Positions 36,820 through 50,535 of a DNA stretch of 64,000 bases are shown one piece after another. Source of the stretch: Mobula birostris (Eukaryota); assembly GCF_030028105.1 (NCBI RefSeq), contig NC_092376.1, positions 170,777,613 through 170,841,612 on the forward strand. The letters are read 5' to 3'. The notes beneath the pieces are model-generated. The model did not search any database and was not told the DNA's origin. It saw only the letters and a list, made by a program, of their open reading frames with translations. Numbering within the stretch: position 1 is the stretch's first letter; each line of letters begins with the position of its first letter. Both the position numbers and the translations under genes were made by a program.

Positions 36820-39800
36820 TGGGAGATAAGAGACCGCGTTGGGGAACTGGAGCTGCAGCTCGATGACCTTCATCTGGTCAGGGAGAGTGAGGAGTGGATA
36901 GAGAGGAGTTACAGGCAGATGGGCACACCGGGGCCACAGGAGGCAGACAAGTGGGTCACGGTTAGGAGGGGGAAGAGGAAGAGTCAGGTAATAGACAGTA
37001 CCACAGTGGCTGTGCCCCTTGATAATAGGTACTCCTGTTTGAGTACTGTTGAGGGGGACAGCTTACCTGGGGGGAAGCAACAGTGGCCATGCCTCCGGCA
37101 CAGAATCCGGCCCTGTAGCTCAGAAGGGTAGGGAAAGGAAGAGGAGGGCAGTAGTAATAGGGGACTCCATAGCAAGGGGCGATTCTGTGGACGCAGTCAG
37201 GAGACCCAGTTGGTAGTTTGCCTCCCTGGTGCCAGAGTCCGGGATGTTTCTGATCGCGTCCAAGATATCCTGAAGTGGGAGGGTGAGGAGCCAGAGGTCA
37301 TCGTACATATAGGTACCAAAGACATAGGTAGGAGAAGGGGAGAGTTCCTGAAAGGAAAATATAGGGAGTTAGGAAGGGAATTGAGAAAAAGGACCGCAAA
37401 GGTAGTAATCTCAGGATTATTGCCTGTGCTATGTGACAGTGAGAGTAGGAATGCAATGAGGTGGAGGATAAATGCGTGGCTGAGGGATTGGAGCAGGGGG
37501 CAGGGATTCAAGTTTTTGGATCATTGGGACCTCTTTTGGCGCAGTTGTGACCTGTACAAAAAGGACGGATTACACTTGAATCTTAGGGGGACCAATATCC
37601 TAGTGGGGAGATTTGCGAGGGCTACTGAGGTGACTTTAAACTAGAATGGTTGGGGGGTGGGAATCAAATTAAAGAGACTAGGAGAAAGGAGGTTAGATCA
37701 CAAATAGAGAAAGCTAGTAGACAGTGTGTGAGGGAGGATAGGCAGGGGACAGAGATCAGGAGCACTCAGACCAAAGATGTAGGGGACAAGGAAGAAAAAG
37801 ATAACAAAGTTGTTTACTCCATTAAGGATAAAAAGAGAGTAAGAGGTGGAGAGTTTCTTAAATGAATCTATTTTAATGCTAGGAGCATTGTAAGAAAGGT
37901 GGATGAGCTTAGAACATGGATTGATACCTGGAAATATGATGTTGTAGCTACTAGTGAAACGTGGTTGCAGGAGGGGTGTGATTGGCAACTAAATATTCCA
38001 GGATTTTGTTGCTTCAGGTGTGATAGAATAGGAGGGGCAAGAGAAGGGAGGTGTTGCATTGCTTGTCAGAGAAAATATAACAGCGGTCCTCTGGCAGGAT
38101 AGATTAGTGGATGCGTCCAGGGAGGCTATTTGGATGGAATTGAAGAATAGGAAAGGTGTTGTGACGCATATCGGGGTGTATTATAGACCACCTAATGGGG
38201 ACCGAGAAGTGGAGGAGCAAATTTGTAAGGAGATAGCAGATATTTCTAGTAAGCACAAGGTTGCGATTGTGGGAGATCTTAATTTTCCACACGTAGACTG
38301 GGAAGCCCATTCTGTAAAAGGGCTGGATGGTTTGGAGTTTGTCAAATGTGTGCAAGATAGTTTTTTGCAGCAATACATAGAGGTACCAACTGGAGAAGGG
38401 GCAATGTTGGATTTCCTGTTAGGGCATGAGATAGGGCAGGTAACAGAGATACGCGGTGGGGAACAATTCGGGTCCAGTGATCACAATACCATTAGTTTCA
38501 ATATAATTATGGAGAAGGATAGGGCTGGACCCAGGGTTGAGATTTTTGATTGGAGAAAGGCTAACTTTGAGGAGATGCGAAAGGATTTAGAAGGAGTGGA
38601 TTCGGACAATTTGTTTCATGGGAAGGATGTAATAGAGAAATGGAGGTCATTTAAAGGTGAAATTTTGAGGGTACAGGATCTTTATGTTCCTGTTAGGTTG
38701 AAAGGAAAGGTTAAAAGTTTGAGAGAGCCATGGTTTTCAAGAGATATAGGAAACTTGGTTCGGGAAAAGAGAGGGATTTACAATAAATATAGGCAGCTTC
38801 GAGTTAATGAGGTGCTCGAGGAATATAAAGAATGTAAAAAGAATCTTAAAAAAGAAATTAGAAAAGCTAAAAGACACAGCTTTAGCAAGTAAGGTGAAAA
38901 TAAATCCAAAGGGTTTCTACAGTTACATAAATAGCAAAAGGATAGTGAGGGATAAAATTGGTCCCTTAGAAAATCAGAGTGGACAGCTATGTGCGGAGCC
39001 AAAAGAGATGGGGGGGATTGTGAGCAATTTCTTTTCTTCGGTATTCACTAAGGAAAAGGATATTGAATTGTGTAAGGTAAAGGAAACAAGAAGGGTACTT
39101 ATGGAAAGTATAACGATTAAAGAAGAGGAAGTACTGGTGCTTTTAAGGAATATAAAAGTGGATAAGTCTCCGGGTCCAGACAAAATATTCCCTAGGACCT
39201 TGAGGGAAGTTAGCGTGGAAATAGCAGGGGCTCTGACAGAAATATTTCAAATGTTATCAGAAAAGGAGATGGTGCCGGAGGATTGGCGTATGCTCATGTG
39301 GTTCCATTGTTTAAAAAGGGTTCTAAGAGTAAACCTGACAATTATCAGCCTGTGAGTTTGACATCAGTGGTGGGTAAATTGATGGAAAGTATTCTTAGAG
39401 ATGGTATATATAATTATCTGGATAGACAGGGTCTGATTAGGAACAGTCAACATGGATTTGGAACGTCATGTTTGACAAATCTTATTAAATGTTTTGATGA
39501 GGTTACTAGGAAAGTTGACAAGGGTAAAGCGGTGGATGTTGTCTATATGGACTTCAGTAAGGCCTTTGACAAGGTTCCACACAGAAGGTTAGTTAGGAAG
39601 GTTCAATCGTTAGGCATTAATATCAAAGTATTAAAATGGATTCAGCAGTGGCTGGATGGGAGATGCCAGAGAGTAGTGGTGGATAACTGTGTGTCAGATT
39701 GGAGGTTGGTGACTAGTGGTGTGCCTCAGGGATCTGTACTGGTTCCAATGTTGTTTGTCATATATATTAATGATCTGGATGATGGCGTGATAAATTGGAT

Positions 39801-40725
39801 GAGTAAGTATGCAGGTGATACTAAGATAGGTGGAGTTGTGGATAATGAAGTAGGTTTTCAAAGCTTGCAGGGAGATTCAGGCCAGTTGGAAGAGTGGGCT
39901 GAAAGATGGCAGATGGAGCTTAATGCTGATAAATGTGAGGTGCTACACTTTGGTAGGACTAATCAAAATTGGACATACATGGTAAATGGCAGGGCATTGA
40001 ACAATGCAGTAGAACAGAGGGATCTAGGAATAATGGTGCATAGTTCCCTGAAGGTGGAATGTCATGTGGATAGGGTGGTGAAGAAAGCTTTTGGTATGCT
40101 GGCCTTTATAAATCAGAGTATTGAGTATAGGAGTTGGGTTGTAATGTTGAAATTGTATAAGGCATTGGTAAGGCCAAATTTGGAGTATTGTGTACAGTTC
40201 TGGTCACCGAATTATAGGAAAGATGTCAATAAAATTGAGAGAGTCCAGAGGAGGTTTACTAAAATGTTGCCTGGGTTTCATCTCCTAAGTTACAGAGAAA
40301 GGTAAAACAAGTTAGGTCTTTATTCTTTGGAGTGCAGAAGGTTGAGAGGGGACTTGATAGAGGTGTTTAAAATTATGAGGGGGATTGATAGAGTTGACAT
40401 GGATAGACTTTTTCCATTGAGAGTTGGGGGGATTCAAACAAGAGGACATGAGTTGAAAGTTAAAGGGAAAAAGTTTAGGGATAACATGAGGGGGAACTTC
40501 TTTACTCTGAGAGTGGTGGCTGTGTGGAACGAGCTTCCAGCAGAAGTGGTTGAGGCAGGTTCAATGTTGTCGTTTAAAGTTAAATTGGATAGATATATGG
40601 ACAGGAAGGGAATGGAGGGTTATGGACTGAGTGTAGGTCGGTGGGACAAGGTGAGAGTAGGAGTTCGGCACGGACTAGAAGGGCCGAGATGGCCTGTTTC
40701 CGTGCTGTAATTTTTATATGGTTTA
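36820..40725 (+). mobile_element. CR1 LINE, truncated within ORF1
   Basis: ORF1 esterase, then ORF2 pieces 37899..40710 (ETWL, GDLNFPH, SDHN, YMDFSKAFDKVPH, SGVPQGS); 3' end ccgtgctgtaat..tatatgg. Confidence 0.95.
37150..37644 (+). pseudogene. CR1 ORF1 SGNH/GDSL esterase domain
   Basis: VVIGDSIARG, PGA, HIGTKD and DGLHLN blocks. Confidence 0.9.
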
Positions 40726-41974
40726 TAAAGGAAAAGAACATGAGGAGATTATGAAAATTGTAATTGTAACAGGTTCTTGAGTTGGTATTATTAATCACCT
40801 CAATATTGACCAGAACAATGTAGTGCTGATGTTTAAATCGCACCATATTAGTTATGTGCATCCAACACAGTTTTTGACATAGTATATGAATATTGTAAAA
40901 GAGGCCAGACTGGACATTATATTTGGAAATGAGCCTTGCCATGTGAGGTTTGTGTTGGAGGGGGGTGAGCTGGAAAGTTGGCGCATTTTGGGAACAGCAA
41001 TCACAACTCTATAAATATTCAAATTGCTATCTATATTGGGAAGACTGGAACTCGGGGCAAATTGCTAAATCAGTGAAACGGTAATTAGAACAGTATTATG
41101 CAGGAGCTGGGGAAAGTTACTTGAGAGCAACAGTTATTGTGTAAGTCCACATCAAACACGTGAGAAATGGTTAAAAGTGAAATGATCAGGATTCGTGAGA
41201 GAGAAAAAAAGTGGAGATTAGCAGGGTTAATAAACATTAGGTGACAAAAGATACTTCAAATTTAGTCAAAAAGCCAAAAATCTCCATGAAATACCCTTGG
41301 TAGATGGGAATAAAGATGATTACAAGGAATTTTGCACAAACATTAAAAACAACAGAGTAACTAGGACGGAGTAGCACCACTCAATGATAAAGGAGGAAAC
41401 TTTTGTCTGAAGCACATAGAGATGTCCTTTATTTGTAGTATCAAAATGACATTTTGGTCTGTTAGAAAATGGAGCCTCTATCGTGTTAGAGTGCTTTGTT
41501 AATAACATTTGTGTAATAATATGCCAATGCACCTTGAAAATATGACAAACTGCAGATAGACAAGCAGGTGCAAATGCTTTCAGCATCCAGTGACCCTGTG
41601 GTCTCTGTATGATGAGAGACCTGGGCAAGGATGGTCAGGACGCATGTGCTAGAGTATCCAAGACTCGATACGAGACTGAAATGGGAACAGGGTTCTAAAC
41701 CAGACACTGGATGAGAATCCAACATAGATCTGACGATTGATCAGTTCAGGTGCCCTTTAAATATTAAAATCCTGGCACCAAATCATGACTGCCAATTAGT
41801 AGGGTGGTCCTGCATTTTTAAAAGGGCCGTGCCAGCTATCCACAATCCAGAGAGTCAGAGTGTTTAAATTGCAGAAGCTAGCACGTTTGAGTGCTTATTG
41901 TAACAGGACTCCCTCCCCTACAGCCAACTCTTGACAGCCCTGGTTGCTCAGAGAGATGATGATGGTAGTCATGG

Positions 41975-42115
41975 ATAAGAGCTAAATCAGGGATATCCCT
42001 TTCTGGAACCCAGCATAGTTTCTCGGGTCCAAATCCTTTCCAGTCCGTGAGGAACTGCCAAGTACTCTGAACAGTTGGTGAATTCAGAAGTGTTTTTACA
42101 GTGAAGACCTCTTTC
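41975..42115 (-). pseudogene. Integrase C-terminal chromodomain
   Basis: Hand translation KEVFTVKTLLNS...QFLTDWKGFGPEKLCWVPERDIPDLALI. Confidence 0.85.
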
Positions 42116-44244
42116 CATTGACAAACCTATCTGGCGGCGGGGCTAAAGAGCTGGTGGCAGGGCTAAAGAACTGGTGCTTCCATGTTTTAATTTGGATATG
42201 TGGAAAGTGGGATTGATCTTGAGGGTCTTGGGATCTTGCAAAGTGTAATCTACTGGGGGAACTTTCTTGAGAACCTTGAAAGGTCCAGTGAAATAGGGCA
42301 CCGATTTCCTAGACTCCATCCAGAGTTGCTGATCCTAAGTAGACAGCCAGACCTATTGCCAAGGCTACAAAGCTGGTCCCTGTCTTCTCTTGTGATTATC
42401 CTTCATTTCAGCCTAGTGGGTAGAGGCCAAAAAAATCTCTCTTGCCCTACTCCATTTTGCCCTGTTGCAGGAACACCAACCTCATTCTCCTTCTCAGGGA
42501 AGGGTGGTGGAGAATTCCCTAAGTGGCATTTGAACGGGGACATTCTGTGCACAGAATGCTGTAAAGTATTGTGGGCGACCTCTGCCCACATCAAATGGTC
42601 ACACCTCTCATCTGGTTTCTCTGACGACAGGCGTTCCTTCCATATCCTGGCTCACCCACTCTGTCTGGCTGTTAAGCTGCAGGTGAAACCCAGAGGAAAG
42701 AATCGCTGTGGTCTTGATCAGCATACCGAATGCCCTGTATGCCAAGCACACAGAATGGTGGACCCTGATCCAACACAATTTCCACTGGAAATCCATGGAA
42801 CCAGAATACTGGATGCAGGACAAGCTCAGCCATTTCCACCACTGACGGCAGTTTGCGCAACACGAAGAATTTGTAGGCTTTTGAAAAACAATCTACCATG
42901 GTGATGGTCTTCTGTTTGGAAGATGAAAGACCCATGACAAAATCCATGGAGATGTGTGCCCATAGTCTTTTCGGAATAGGTAGAAGATGAAGGCGCCCAT
43001 GAGGTTGGATGAGGTGTTCCTTGTTCCGGCCACACACCTTGCAAGCCTGCAGGTATTGTTGGACCTCTTTACCCATTCCTAATCATCAGTAGTTTCTCTT
43101 TAATAAACTCAAAGTTCCTGGTAACCCCTGGGTGAGTGGTCCTTCTAGATGTGTGTACCCATTGAAGTACCTTAGGCCTGACAAAACTTGGGATGAACAG
43201 ATGACCCAGAGTACCATTCTTGGGAATCACCCATTGCGGCTGGGCCTTGTGAACAAGCGTGTCGAATCCCCAACGTATGAGTGCTATCATCTTAACTTGG
43301 GACAAAATGGTGGAAGGTTGCTCCTCTCTTTCAGGTTCATTGAACTGATGAGATAAGGCATCCGGTTTTTAATTCTTTGACCCCCGGTCGATTGGTCAGA
43401 ACAAAATTTAACTGGTTAAAGAAAAGAGAACTCCAGTAAACTTTCTGCAAAAGTTGGCAAATCCCAGGAATCATTGGATTTGCTTCATATTGGATGGTTG
43501 TGGCCAATCTCTGACTGCTTGAGCCTTACTAGGGTCCATCTTGAGACTGGTATTGGAGATGGTAAAACCAAAAAATGAAATGCTGATTTTGTGAAATTTG
43601 GTTTTCTCCAGCTTGACATAAAGTCCATGATCTAGAAGTCTCTTTAAAATTTCTCTGAGATTAGCAACAAGCTCCTCCACGTACTTTGAGAAAATTAGGT
43701 TGTCATCCAAGTTAACAAAGGCACAGTTATAGAGAACATCCCGAAGGACATAATTTATAAAGGCCTGAAAAACTGCTGGAGCATTTGGGAGGCCAAATGC
43801 ATGCCTCATAGTGCTTTGTCAGTGTGTTGAATGTAGTGTCCACTTGTCACCCTCTTTTCTGTGGACCAGATTGTATGCACTCCACAAGTCCAGCTTTAAG
43901 AATGCTCTTGCCCCTTGGAGAATCCCAAAGGCAATGTTCATGAGTGGAAGTGGGTAACAATTCTTGGCCATTATGCAATTCAGTTCTCTATAATCAATGC
44001 ACGACCACAGGCCGCCCTTCCTTTTTCTGTATGAAGGAGAAGCCTGCAACCTCTGTTGAGGTGGAGGGTCGAATGAATCCCATGGCAAGAACTTCTTTTA
44101 TATACTCCTACAAAGCACTTCCCTGCAAGCTTGAGAGTGCATGCAATCAACCTCATTGTGGACAAGTCCCAGGCAGTAGATCTTTTGAACAATTGTAGGG
44201 TTGTGCAGTGAAAGAGTCGTGGCCTTTGCCTTGCTGAAGACCTA

Positions 44245-47200
44245 CATAGAACACAGAACATAGAATAGTACAGCACAGTACAGGCCCTTTGGCCCACAAT
44301 GTTGTGCTGACCCTCAAACCCTGCCTCCCATATAACCCCCCACCTTAAACTTCACTAGTGTATCTGCCTCCATCACTGACTCAGGCAGTACATTCACGCA
44401 CAAACCACTCTCTGAGTAAAAAAACCTTCCTCTAATATCCCCCTTGAACTTCCCACCCCTTACCTTAAAGCCATGTCCTCTTGTATTGAGCAGTGGTGCC
44501 CTGAGGGAGAGGCGCTGGCTATCCACTCTATCTATTCCTCTTAATATCTTGTATACCTCTATCATGTCTCCTCTCATCCTCCTTCTCTCCAGAGAGTAAA
44601 GCCCTAGCTCCCTTAATCTCTGATCATAATCCATACTCAATAAACCAGGCAGAATCCTGGTAAATCTCCTCTGTACCCTTTCCAATGCTTCCACATCTTT
44701 CCTATAATGAGGCGACCAGAACTGGACACAGTACTCCAAGTGTGGCCAAACCAGAGTTTTATAGAGCTGTATCATTACCTCGTGACTCTTAAACTCCATC
44801 CTTCCACTGATGAAAGCTAACACCCCATAAGCTTTCTTAACTACCCTATCTATCTGTGAGGCAACTTTCAAGGATCTGTGGACATGTACCCCAAGATCCC
44901 TCTGCTCCTCCACACTACCAAGTATCCTGCCATTTACTTTGTACTCTGCCTTGGAGTTTCTCCTTCCAAAGTGTACCACCTCACACTTCTCTGGGTTGAA
45001 TTCCATCTGCCACTTCTCAACCCACTTCTGCATCCTATCAATGTCTCTCTGCAATCTTCGACAATCCTCTACACTATCTACAACACCAGCAACCTTTGTG
45101 TTGTCTGCAAACTTGCCAACCCACTCTTCTACCCCCACATCTAGGTCGTCAATAAAAATCATAAAAAATAGAGGTCCCAGAACAAATCCTTGTGGGACAG
45201 CATAAGTCACAACCCTCCAATCCAAATGTGCTCCTTCCACCATGACACTCTGCCTTCTGCAGGCCAGCAAATTCTGTATCCACCTGGCCAAACTTCCCTG
45301 AATCCCATGGCTTCTGACTTTCTGAATAAGCCTACCGTGTGGAACCTTGTCAAATGCCTTACTAAAATCCATGTAGATCACATCCACTACACTACCCTCA
45401 TTTATATGCCTGGTCACCTCCTCAAAGAACTCTATCAGGCTTGTTAGACATGGTCTGCCCTTCACAAAGCCATGCTGACTGTCCCTGATCAGACCATGAT
45501 TCTCTGAATGCCCATAGATCCTATCTCTAAGAATCTTTTCCAACAGCTTTCCCACCACAGACGTAAGGCTTATTGGTCTATAATTACCCGGACTATCCCT
45601 ACTATCTTTTTTGAACAAGGGGACAACATTCACCTCCCTCAATCCTCCGGTACCATTCCCGTAGACAACAAGGACATAAAGATCCTAGCCAGAGGCTTAG
45701 CATTCTCTTCCTATGCCTAGTGGAGCAGCCTAGGAAATATTCTGTCAGGCCCCGGGAAATTATCCATCTTAATATATTTGAACAACTCCAATACTTCCTC
45801 TCCCTTAATATCAACATGCTCCAGAACATCAACCTCACTCATATTGTCCTCACCGTCATCAATTTCCCTCTCATTGGTGAATACCGAAGAGAAGTATTCT
45901 GTGAGGACCTCACTCACTTCCACAGCCTCCAGGCACATCTTCCCACCTTTATCTCTAATCAGTCCTACCTTCACTCCTGTCATCCTTTTGTTCTTCACAT
46001 AATTGAAGAATGCCCTGGGGTTTTCCTTTACCCTACTCACCAAGGCCTTCTCATGCCCCCTTCTTGCTCTTCTCAGCCCCTTCTTAAGCTCCTATCTTGC
46101 TACCCTACATTCCTCAATAGACCCATCTGATCCTTGCTTCCTAAACCTCATGTATGCTGCCTTCTTCCACCTGACTAGATTTTCCACCTCACTTGTCACC
46201 AATGGTTCCTTCACCGTACCATTCTTTATCTTCCTCACCGGGACAAATTTATCCCTAACGTCCTGCAAGAGATCTCTAAACATCCACCACGTGTCCATAG
46301 TACATTTCCCTGCAAAAACATCATCCCAATTCACACCTGCAAGTTCTAGCCTTATAGCCTCATAATTTGCCCTTGCCCAATTAAATTTTTTTCTGTCCTC
46401 TCTGATTCTAGCCTTTTCCATGATAATGCTGAAGGCCAGGGAGCGGTGGTCACTGTCCCCCAGATGGTCACCCACTGAGAGATCTGTGACCTGACCCGGT
46501 TTGTTACCTAATACTAGATCTAGTATGTCATTCCCCCTAGTCGGCCTGTCAACATACTGTGACAGGAATCCGTCCTGGATACACTTTACACACTCTGCCC
46601 CGTCTAAACCCTTGGAACTAATCAGGTGCCAATCAATATTAGGGAAGTTAAAGTCACCCATGATAACAACCCAGTTATTTTTGCACCTTTCCAAAATCTG
46701 CCTCCCAATCTGCTCCTCTGTATCTCTGCTGATACCAGGGGGCCTATAGAATACCCCCAATAGAGTAACTGCTCCCTTCCTGTTACATTACTCACCCTTT
46801 CTGTAGCTGTAATAGTATCCCTGACCAGTAATACTACCCCTCCTCCCCTTTTTCCCCCTTCTCTATCCCTTTTAAAGCACTGGAATCCAGGATTATTGAG
46901 AATCCATTCCTGCCCTGGTGCCAGCCAAGTTTCTGTAATGGCCACTACATCATAATTCCATGTATGTTTCCAAGCTCTCAGTTCATCACCTTTGTTCCTG
47001 ATTCTTCTTGCATTGAAGTACATGCACTTTAGCCCTTCTACCTTACTACCTTTACACCCTTTATTCTGTTTCTCTTTCCTTAAAGTCTCTCTGTATGTTA
47101 GATCTGGCTTTACTCCATGCACTTCTTTCACTGTTCTATCATTCCGGGTCCCATCCCCCTCGCAAATTAGTTTAAACCCTCCCGAACCATGCTAGCAAAC

Positions 47201-48105
47201 CTACCTGCAAGGACATTGCTCCCCTTCGAGTTCAGGTGCAACCCATCCAAACTGTACAGGTCCCACCTTCCCCAGAAGAGATCCCAATGATTCAAAAATC
47301 TAAAACCCTGCCCCCTACACCAACTCCTCAGCCACGCATTCAACTGCCATCTCCTCCAATTCTTACCATCACAGTATCGAGGACGGTAAACTTATTATTC
47401 AGGGGAATGGCTACAGGGGTGCTCTGCACTACCTGTCTACTCACCTTCGCTTTCCCCCCTTGACTGACACCCAACGACCTGCTTCCGGCAGCCTAGTTGT
47501 GACTACCTCCCTGTAGCTCTCACCTCTGACTGTCTCATTCTCCCTCATGTGCCGAAGGTCATCCAGCTGCTGCTCCAGGTTCCTTACACAGTCTTCCAGA
47601 TCGCTCAGCTGCATGCTCTTCTGGCAGATGTGACTCTGCGGGAGAGGGGAGTTCCCCCAAAACTGCCACATCTCACATGAGAGGCACATCACCTTTTTAG
47701 GAGACATTGTAAAGCCTAACTGGGAGCAAGCTCGTCCTCCGCCTCTTCTCGTCGAAGCCTCTCGAGTCAAAGCCTTAAAGCTCCACTCGTTCACTGGCCC
47801 ACTCACTCACTGGCCGCTCCGCTTGAGCTACCTCTCTATTTATTGAGCTACCTCTCTATTTATTTGAGCTTTTCAAACTGCTTTGTCACCTGACCTCGAT
47901 TGCCCAATCAGCTGCTTTCTGTTGTCTGAGCTATTCAAATCTTGATTGTCTAATCAACTGCTTTCTACTGAGCTATTCAAATCTTGATTAACTTGATTGC
48001 ACAGTCCAACGGCCAAAACTGCTTGAATCTCTCGAGTCAAAGCCTCAAAGCTCCACTCCTTCACTGGCCCACTCACTCATTGGTCGCTTTCCACAGCACA
48101 GCACT
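44245..48105 (-). mobile_element. Near full-length CR1 with internal deletions
   Basis: Repetitive 5' UTR, ORF1 N-terminus (CLSCEMW...ICQK..LEQQLDDL), ORF2 including a 442-aa open RT segment at 44314..45642, and a (catagaa) tail. Confidence 0.95.
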
Positions 48106-48175
48106 TCTTCCAAACCCTTGTAGATGGAAGGGATTTCAACTGGCTTGGGTGTTACAACTGCTCCTGAACATTCCT

Positions 48176-50535
48176 CTTTGCAGCAATACTTAGAGGTACC
48201 AATCAGAGAAGTGGCAGTGTTGGATCTCCTGTTAGAGAATGAGATAGGTCAGATAACAGAAGTTTGTGTTGGGGAGAACTTCGGGTCCAGTGATCACAAT
48301 GCTATTAGTTTCAATATAATTATGGAGAAGGATGGATCTGGACCCAGGGTTGAGATTTTTGATTGGAGAAAGGCTAACTTTGAGGAGATGTGAAAGGATT
48401 TAGAAGGAGTGGACTGGGACAATTTGTTTCATGGGAGGATGTAATAGAGAAATGGAGGTCATTTAAAGGTGAAATTGTGAGAGTGCAGAATCTTCATGTT
48501 CCTGTTAGGTTGAAAGGAAAGGTTAAAAGTTTGAGAGAGCAATGGTTTTCAAAGGATATTGGAAACTTGGTTCAGAAAAAAAGAGAGATCTACAATAAAT
48601 ATAGACAGCATGGAATAAATGAGGTGTTCGAGGGATATAAAGAATGTAAAAAGAACCTGAAGAAAGAAATTAGAAAGGCTAAAAGAAGATATGAGGTTGC
48701 TTTGGCAAGTAAGGTGAAAATAAATCACAAGGGTTTCTACTGTTATACAAATAGCAAAAGAATAGTGAGGGATAAAATTGGTCCCTGAGAGAATCAGAGT
48801 GGACGGCTATGTGTGGAGCCAAAAGAAATGGGGGAGATTCTTAACAATTTCTTTTCTTCGGTATTCACTAAGGAGAAGGATATTGAATTGTGTAAGATAA
48901 GGGAAATGGGTAGGGAAGTTATGGAAACTATGATGATTAAAGAAGAAGTGGTACTGGAGCTTTTAAGGAATATAAAGGTGGATAAGTCTCCGGGTCCTGA
49001 CAGGATATTCCCTTAGACATGGAGGGAAGTTAGTGTGGAAATAGCAGGGGCTTTGACAGAAATATTCAAATGTCTTTAGAAACGGGGATGGTGCCGGAGG
49101 ATTGGCATATTGCTCATGTTGTTCCATTGTTTAAAAAGGGTTCTAAGAGTAAACCTAGCAATTATCGGCCTGTAAGTTTGACATCGGTGGTGGGTAAATG
49201 GATAGAAAGTATTCTTAGAGATGGTATATATAATTATCTGGATAGACAGGGTCTGATTAGGAACAATCAACATGGATTTGTGCGTGGAAGGTCATGTTTG
49301 ACAAAGCTTATTGAATTTTTTGAAGAGGTTACTAGGAATGTTGATGAGGGTACTGCGGTGGATGTTGTCTATATGGACTTCAGTAAGGTCTTTGACAAGG
49401 TCCCGCATGGATGGTTGGTTAGGAAGGTTCAATCGTTAGGTATTAATATTGAAGTAGTAAAATGGATTCAGCAGTGGCTGGATGGGAGGCGCCAGAGAGT
49501 AGTGGTGGAAGACTGTTTGTCAGATTGGAGCCTGGTGACTAGTGGTGTGACTCAGGAATCTGTACTGGGTCCAGTGTTATTCGTCATATACATTAATGAT
49601 CTGGATGATGGGGTGGTAAATTGGATGAGTAAGTATGCAAATGATACTAAGATAGGTGTAGTTGTGGATAATGAAGTAGGTTTTCAAAGCTTGCAGAGAT
49701 ATCTAGGCCAGTTGGAAGAGTGGGCTGAAAGATGGCAGATGGAGTTTAATGCTGATAAATGTGAGATGCTACACTTTGGTAGGACTAATCAAAATTGGAC
49801 ATACGTGGTAAATGGTAGGGCATTGAAGAATGCAGTAGAACAGAGAGATCTAGGAATAATGGTACATAGTTCCCTGAAGGTGGAATCTCATGTGGATAGG
49901 GTGGTGAAGAATGCTTTTGGTATGCTGGTCTTTACAAATCAGAGCATTGAGTATAGGAGTTGGGATGTAATATTGAAATTGTATAAGGCATTGGTGAGGC
50001 CAAATTTGGAGTACTGTTTACAGTTTTGGTCTCAAAATTGTAGGAAAGATGTCAACAAAATAGAGAGAGAAAGAAAAGGTTTACTAGAATGTTACCTGGG
50101 TTTCATCACCTAAGTTAGAGAGGAAGGTTGAACAAGTTGGGTCTTTATTGTTTGGAACGTAGAAGGTTGAGGGGGAACTTGATAGAGGTATTTAAGATTA
50201 TGAGATGGACGGATAGAGTTGATGTGGATAGGCTTTTTCCATTGAGAGTGAGGGAGATTCAAACAAGAAGACATGAGTTGAGAGTTAAAGGGCAAAAGTT
50301 TATGGGTAACATGAGGGGTAACTTCTTTACTCAGAGAGTGGTGGCTGTTTGGAATGAGCTTCCAGCAGAAGTGGTTGAGGCAGGTTCAATGTTGTCGTTT
50401 AAAGTTAAACTGGTCAGCTATATGGACAGGAAAGGAATGGAGGGTTATGGGCTGAGTGCAGTTCGGTGGGACTAAGTGAGGGTAAGAGTTCGGCACGGAC
50501 TAGAAGGGCCAAGATGGCCTGTTTCTGTGCTGTAA
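48176..50535 (+). mobile_element. CR1 LINE, 5'-truncated (same subfamily as 36820..40725)
   Basis: Closely matches 38360..40720; 347-aa RT ORF at 49070..50113; (gttatatg)n tail. Confidence 0.95.

Noticed and set aside
36432-36866. 144-aa ORF just downstream of the leader exon
   Set aside because: Better explained as a frameshifted L2-like RT remnant; no splice sites or Ig motifs.
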